DNA of 64,000 bases from a candidate division WWE3 bacterium (lineage in GTDB: Bacteria > Patescibacteriota > 4484-211 > GCA-002791395): the NCBI GenBank assembly GCA_013335095.1, contig JAAXWF010000001.1, forward strand, positions 150,797 through 214,796, given 5' to 3'. How positions within the stretch are numbered: position 1 is the first letter of the stretch; each line of letters begins with the position of its first letter. A program made the position numbers and the translations under genes. Below are positions 58,695-64,000 of the stretch, one piece after another. The notes beneath the pieces are model-generated. The model had not been told where the DNA came from and did no database searches. It saw only the letters and a list, made by a program, of their open reading frames with translations.

Positions 58695-59489
58695 TCAAGG
58701 TATTATGCGATCCACCCGCGCAAAGGTTGATATAGAGCCATCATTTTTCACTTCTACAAGCACTGCATTAAAAACCTTGGCACCTTGATATTCCCATTCA
58801 AATCGACGAGGTTGAGGATCAATAAAACGCTGGATAATAATCTCCTTTTTTACACCAAGAACGGAATCGCGATTTCCAACCATGCCTAAATCACTCACAT
58901 AAAAAGTACCGTTTGGTAATGTTTGTAAATCGGCTGTCGGAACATGAGTATGTGATCCCCACATAACGTGAATTCGACCATCAATATAAAATCCCATCGC
59001 TCTTTTCTCACTCGTCATTTCGGCATGAAAATCTAACAAAATAATAGAGTTTAAATCTTTAATAGAATCTAAGAATTGATCAATCTTTTTGAACGGGTTA
59101 TCCACAGAAGGCGTTAGCCCTTCGACGCCCTGCAAGTTTGCCAACGTTATTTTATTGCCTTTGACTTCAAAAGTTAACCAGCCAAACCCACTTGTGGATT
59201 CGGGATAGTTCATAGGTCGAACGATTCCATTATCGGAGTTAGCTAATACATCCTCCCAACCGGGACGCGAAAAGACATGATTACCACTGGTAAAATAATC
59301 GACTCCAACATTCATCATCTCAATAAGACGATCCTCGGAGACTCCCTTACCACCTACTAAGTTTTCTGCATTAGCAATCACGACATCAATCTCTAATTCT
59401 TTTTTTAGCTTAGGGAGTATATATTCAACAGCCTGACGTCCAGGTTTTGCTACGATATCACCAATGAGGAGAAAACGAATAGTATCCAT
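58695..59489 (-). CDS. ymdB: YmdB-like metallophosphoesterase (TIGR00282)
   Basis: LLIGDIVAKPGR, NAENLVGGKG and GNHVF motifs. Directly downstream of rny as in Bacillus. Confidence 0.85.
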   Translation of the reverse strand: MDTIRFLLIGDIVAKPGRQAVEYILPKLKKELEIDVVIANAENLVGGKGVSEDRLIEMMNVGVDYFTSGNHVFSRPGWEDVLANSDNGIVRPMNYPESTSGFGWLTFEVKGNKITLANLQGVEGLTPSVDNPFKKIDQFLDSIKDLNSIILLDFHAEMTSEKRAMGFYIDGRIHVMWGSHTHVPTADLQTLPNGTFYVSDLGMVGNRDSVLGVKKEIIIQRFIDPQPRRFEWEYQGAKVFNAVLVEVKNDGSISTFARVDRIIP

Positions 59490-59517
59490 AATATTCAGGT
59501 AATATATTTTTTACTAC

Positions 59518-60918
59518 CTAACTATTTCGAGGCTTGGCAATTGCGGTAGCCTTGGTTTCACGAATCACGGTAACTTTAATCGGTGCCGGGAAATTGGCTA
59601 CTTGTTCATGTATGGTTCGAGAAATATCGTGGGCTAGTTTAACCATTTCGGCATCAGTAATTTCCGCGGGTTTAACTAATACACGAACCTCACGTCCAGC
59701 AGAAATAGCGAAACTTCGCTCGACGCCTTTGAATGAATTAGCAATTGATTCAAGCTCCTTTACGCGATTTACATACCCATCATAATCTTCTTTACGTGCA
59801 CCTGGTCGAGCACCCGAGATAGCATCGGCCAAATACATAACCACGGCTTCTATTGTTTGAAAATTATCAGTATGGTGTCCTTCAAAACCGACAACGACAG
59901 CTTCTTTTACACCATATCGGCGACAAATATCTGCCCCTGCTTCGGCATGGCCTTTCTCTGTTTCAGCAGTGACCGCTTTACCAATATCATGAAGTAAGCA
60001 CGCCTGTTTGACGATTTCGACATCTGCCCCGACTTCGGCAGCAATTAATGCACCAAGACGAACAACTTCAAGTGTATGTTCAATCATGTTCTGGCCATAT
60101 GAACTTCGGAATTTAAGACGACCAAGAAGCTGGATGATTTCTTGAGGTAGACCGGTAATTCCAGCTCGATATAATAAGTCCTCACCAGCTTCTTGCACAA
60201 TCTTAGCGACTTCATCTTCTGCTTGATCGACACACTCTTCGATGCGTGACGGTTGTATACGACCGTCTGCAACTAATTTTTCCATTGCCCGGCGCGCGAT
60301 CTCACGCTTAACCGGATCAAAACTTGATACCGTCACTGTGGGTTCTCCTTCTTCACCTATTTCAACACTTACTCCAGCCGCATCTTCAAATGCTTTAATG
60401 TTTCGTCCGTCTTTTCCAATAATACGGCCTTTCATTTCTTCATCAGGAAGATCGATTGTATAGGTGGTATATTCTGAGACGTTCTCGGTAGCGACGCGTT
60501 GCATAGCCGTTACTAATATTGTTCGGGCTCGACGATCTGATTCTGTTTTGACTTTTTCTTCATTATCCCGAACTCGTTTTGCATACTCATCGATAAGTTG
60601 CTTATCGATCAACTCTAATAGACGATCTTCAACCTCTTTTGCGCTCAATGTACCTGTTTTTTCTAGTGCCTGAATCTCTTGGTCTCGAAGGTCTGATAAT
60701 TCTTTAAGTCGATCTTGTAGTCGAATACGGATTTCCGCAATATCCTGCTCAACTTTGCGGGCATCATTCATATACTGATCGGCTTCCTCTTTAAGGTTAA
60801 TTGCCTGGGCCTTAGCCTCGATAACAAGCTCTTTTGCCGCGCTTTTTAACTCGGAAGCTGAACCAACTTCTTGATTGAAGGTTGCTAATAATGAGTCTAA
60901 TCTCGATATATCTGCCAT
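59518..60918 (-). CDS. rny: Ribonuclease Y
   Basis: KH domain (GRIIGKDGRNIKAFEDAAGV). HD domain (HTLEVVRLGALIAAEVG...LLHDIGKA). Coiled-coil N-terminus. No obvious N-terminal TM anchor. Confidence 0.9.
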   Translation of the reverse strand: MADISRLDSLLATFNQEVGSASELKSAAKELVIEAKAQAINLKEEADQYMNDARKVEQDIAEIRIRLQDRLKELSDLRDQEIQALEKTGTLSAKEVEDRLLELIDKQLIDEYAKRVRDNEEKVKTESDRRARTILVTAMQRVATENVSEYTTYTIDLPDEEMKGRIIGKDGRNIKAFEDAAGVSVEIGEEGEPTVTVSSFDPVKREIARRAMEKLVADGRIQPSRIEECVDQAEDEVAKIVQEAGEDLLYRAGITGLPQEIIQLLGRLKFRSSYGQNMIEHTLEVVRLGALIAAEVGADVEIVKQACLLHDIGKAVTAETEKGHAEAGADICRRYGVKEAVVVGFEGHHTDNFQTIEAVVMYLADAISGARPGARKEDYDGYVNRVKELESIANSFKGVERSFAISAGREVRVLVKPAEITDAEMVKLAHDISRTIHEQVANFPAPIKVTVIRETKATAIAKPRNS

Positions 60919-60925
60919 GTCGTGC

Positions 60926-61570
60926 TTATTTTAGCACAGTTTGTATCGCTTCCCAACGAAATCCGCGTCGCAACAGTGTTTGGATCAACTTTTGGCGTTC
61001 TTTTCGATCAGCAACATTGTATTTTTTGCTTAATTTAACAACCAATTCTTGCAATGCATCGCTTTCCGGTGGTGCAAGCGTTTCCCAGGTAGTATTAAAG
61101 AGTAAAGAGGAGATACCCCGCTGTGATAGTTCTTTTCCAATGACAATCTTTCCCTTAGGTTTTGAGGCGTTTAGCCGCTGGTCTATCCACCAGCGAGAGA
61201 ACTCAATATCGTTTACGAAACCAAGTAGCTCTAGCTTTTCTATTATAGGATTAATAATTTCAATATCTGATACTGATTGATTCGTTAAAGAAAGCTTATA
61301 AGAAGCTATTTTTTTTCGTAAGTAATCCGCGACCTCCTTTTTTGATCGTGGCCGACGGGACAAATAATCAATCGCTCGTAGGTATAGTTTATGTAATTCT
61401 GATTTATAAAATATTTCATTTAGTTGTTCTTTAGTTAGCTCAACGCCATTGGTTAATTTGTAGTCAAGTAGAATACCTTCATCGATTCCACAATAGAATT
61501 CATCATCAATAAAAAGGCTTAATCTTTTCGGATTATTTTTTTGGCGAACAATTTTTGATACTACTGGCAT
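60926..61570 (-). CDS. recX: Regulatory protein RecX
   Basis: Three-helix-repeat protein immediately downstream of recA (RAIDYLSRRPRSKKEVADYLRKK). Confidence 0.8.
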   Translation of the reverse strand: MPVVSKIVRQKNNPKRLSLFIDDEFYCGIDEGILLDYKLTNGVELTKEQLNEIFYKSELHKLYLRAIDYLSRRPRSKKEVADYLRKKIASYKLSLTNQSVSDIEIINPIIEKLELLGFVNDIEFSRWWIDQRLNASKPKGKIVIGKELSQRGISSLLFNTTWETLAPPESDALQELVVKLSKKYNVADRKERQKLIQTLLRRGFRWEAIQTVLK

Positions 61571-61695
61571 ACGTATATTGTAGTACAGTTTATGGATTGT
61601 AACCTCGCACGATCAGAAAGCAGTCGGCGTTTTTGGAAACACTGCATCCATCTAAACGATGCCCACAGTCCGATATTTTAAAACAAGGAGATAAT

Positions 61696-62781
61696 TTAAG
61701 CTTCTTCTTCGGTAAAATCGACGGATGCGCCTTGCTCTGCTGGCTCCTCTTCAGCGCCAATGATAATAGGAGCGCCTTGCTCTTTCATTTTCTTTAAAAT
61801 ATCATGTTCAATCTTTTTAGCGATTTCAGCATGCTGACGGAGATACTCCTTCGCAGCTTCTCGTCCCTGTCCAATCTTTTCACCACCGTAACTTAACCAT
61901 GCGCCAGATTTGCCAACAACATCAACTTCAACTCCGACATCAAGAAGACTACCTTCACGACTAATACCTTCGCCATACACAATATCTAATTCGGCGACTT
62001 TAAATGGTGGAGCTAGTTTATTTTTAACGACTTTTACCTTTACTCGGTTACCAACTTCTTGTTCTCCATTCTTAATAGTCGAAATGCGACGAATGTCTAA
62101 ACGTAAACTTGAATAGAATTTCAATGCCTGTCCGCCGGTTGTAGTTTCTGGATTACCAAACATCACACCAATTTTCATACGAAGTTGATTGATAAATATT
62201 ACCGTAGCATTGGATTTATTTATTGCTCCGGTTAATTTTCGCAATGCCTGACTCATTAAGCGAGCCTGTAAACCGACATGGGCATCCCCCATTTCTCCTT
62301 CAATCTCAGCACGAGGAACAAGTGCGGCTACAGAGTCTACAACAATGATATCGACAGCACCGGATCGAACGAGGGTCTCAACGATCTCAAGCGCCTGTTC
62401 TCCTGTATCGGGTTGAGATACGAGCAAATCTTCAAGATTAACACCAATCGCAGCCGCATATACTGGATCAAAAGCATGTTCAGCATCAATAAAAGCAGCA
62501 ACGCCGCCTTCTTTTTGAGCTTCGGCTAACATATGTAATGTTAACGTGGTCTTACCACTAGATTCAGGACCAAATATTTCAACGATTCGGCCTTTAGGAA
62601 TACCGCCGATACCAATCGCTAGATCGAGCGCAATCGACCCCGTAGGGATAACTTTAACCCCATCAGCATGGGCACCTTCCCCCATTCGCATTATCGTGCC
62701 CTTACCAAACTGCCGTTCGATTTGTTCGAGAGCTAATGATACTGCCTGTTTTTTATCGTTATTTTTATTAATTTCAGCCAT
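61696..62781 (-). CDS. recA: Recombinase RecA
   Basis: Walker [11 protein letters not shown]1/L2 loops, IVVDSVAAL. 361 aa. Confidence 0.95.
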   Translation of the reverse strand: MAEINKNNDKKQAVSLALEQIERQFGKGTIMRMGEGAHADGVKVIPTGSIALDLAIGIGGIPKGRIVEIFGPESSGKTTLTLHMLAEAQKEGGVAAFIDAEHAFDPVYAAAIGVNLEDLLVSQPDTGEQALEIVETLVRSGAVDIIVVDSVAALVPRAEIEGEMGDAHVGLQARLMSQALRKLTGAINKSNATVIFINQLRMKIGVMFGNPETTTGGQALKFYSSLRLDIRRISTIKNGEQEVGNRVKVKVVKNKLAPPFKVAELDIVYGEGISREGSLLDVGVEVDVVGKSGAWLSYGGEKIGQGREAAKEYLRQHAEIAKKIEHDILKKMKEQGAPIIIGAEEEPAEQGASVDFTEEEA

Positions 62782-63057
62782 GTTGGTATTATATATTAAT
62801 TTATATAAAAGTCAATACCTATTTTATTTAGTACGGAGTTCTTCACGAATATGCCTAAGATCTTCTTGAATGCGATCCATATGGCGTTCAATATTTTCTG
62901 CGATTTGGTGCAAAGCCCGAATTTCATCAACCAATTGAACGGTTAAATCGTGACTGTCCATTTCTTCAAGTTTCATAGTATTGATTAATCATACCATGAC
63001 ACGCGATTATTGAAGGCATTTATTGATTGTTACAACAGCTACGACAACCTGGATTAT

Positions 63058-63483
63058 TTATAACTGGGTTTTATTCTTTTGAATCAACTTTAACTTTGCA
63101 ACTTCACGACGTAGCGATGCTTCGACTCTAGCCAAATCGACATCAACTGGCTTCTCACTTAATAATTGCTCAGCGCGACGTTTAGCTTCTTCAATTTTAG
63201 CGGCATCAAGATTTTCAGTCCGTTCGGCTTGATGGGCTAATATTTCTACTTTTTCACCGGTAATTTGCCCAACGCCCCCACCAATAAATAAATGAAACAC
63301 CTCAGCATTACCTGTAATAGCAAGTTCACCCACATCCAACACGACCGTTAGTGGAGCATGGTTTGGCAAAACCGTTATAACTCCAGATTTAGTTGGAATA
63401 ATGACTTGTTTTACTTGATCTAGGTTTAATACACATCGCTCGACTGTTGTTACAGTGACAGCGAGATGTTGATACTTTGACAT
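63058..63483 (-). CDS. atpC: F-type ATP synthase epsilon subunit
   Basis: N-terminal beta-sandwich (LAVTVTTVERCVLNLDQVKQVIIPTKSGVITVLPNHAPL). C-terminal helical hairpin. Confidence 0.9.
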   Translation of the reverse strand: MSKYQHLAVTVTTVERCVLNLDQVKQVIIPTKSGVITVLPNHAPLTVVLDVGELAITGNAEVFHLFIGGGVGQITGEKVEILAHQAERTENLDAAKIEEAKRRAEQLLSEKPVDVDLARVEASLRREVAKLKLIQKNKTQL

Positions 63484-63490
63484 AGGTGAA

Positions 63491-64000
<510 letters not shown>

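Overview
This 64-kb window is a low-GC (about 38%) bacterial chromosome segment read under the standard genetic code. It is gene-dense and mostly housekeeping. It shows Firmicutes-like synteny (recA-recX-rny-ymdB-hup-miaA; secDF-recJ) and has a CPR/Patescibacteria-like flavour: a split transketolase with rpiB and rpe, a LOG-family gene, a lamin-tail-domain surface protein, many small membrane proteins, and overlapping start/stop codons.

Recognisable genes, in order:
- recJ, secF, secD
- an ABC ATPase with a fused permease/GldG-like protein
- pgi
- lexA diverging from a DUF4446 / DUF3048 / wHTH-nucleotidyltransferase-like operon
- folD
- an LTD/LPXTG surface protein
- ftsE, ftsX and an EnvC/PcsB-like M23 peptidase whose catalytic domain appears circularly permuted
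- a DsbA-like oxidoreductase and an amino-acid permease
- a pentose-phosphate/sugar cluster: 2-hydroxyacid dehydrogenase, PfkB kinase, transketolase C and N halves, LOG, rpe, rpiB
- a Na/Ca exchanger and a HIT protein
- a DnaQ-exonuclease::GIY-YIG (Cho-like) fusion
- an orphan CHASE-type histidine kinase with no ATG start
- mgtE and a P-type ATPase
- eno
- a GH5-like hydrolase carrying a G9 homopolymer
- dus, a NatAB-like ABC exporter, dcd, a dNK-like P-loop kinase
- secA, a DUF2207 protein, a PAP2 phosphatase, uppP, serS, lysS, greA, an AI-2E transporter, miaA, hup, ymdB, rny, recX, recA, atpC and partial atpD

No tRNA, rRNA, CRISPR array, transposase or integrase was recognised.

The parts least explained by standard annotation are:
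- Four short GC-rich (about 50-55%) islands in otherwise AT-rich DNA. One is the partial gene at 1-780. One is a convergent intergenic element at 28976-29245 that carries an exact 12-nt copy of the 16S 3' end / a perfect SD complement. Three of the four carry a strong Shine-Dalgarno sequence plus a small GC-rich minus-strand ORF: 38 aa at 29021-29137, 101 aa at 37544-37849, and 26 aa at 42227-42307 just upstream of an ABC exporter. The fourth, at 1-780, is the partial plus-strand GC-rich ORF.
- The permuted M23 domain in the FtsEX partner.
- A putative LexA-controlled operon of DUF proteins.
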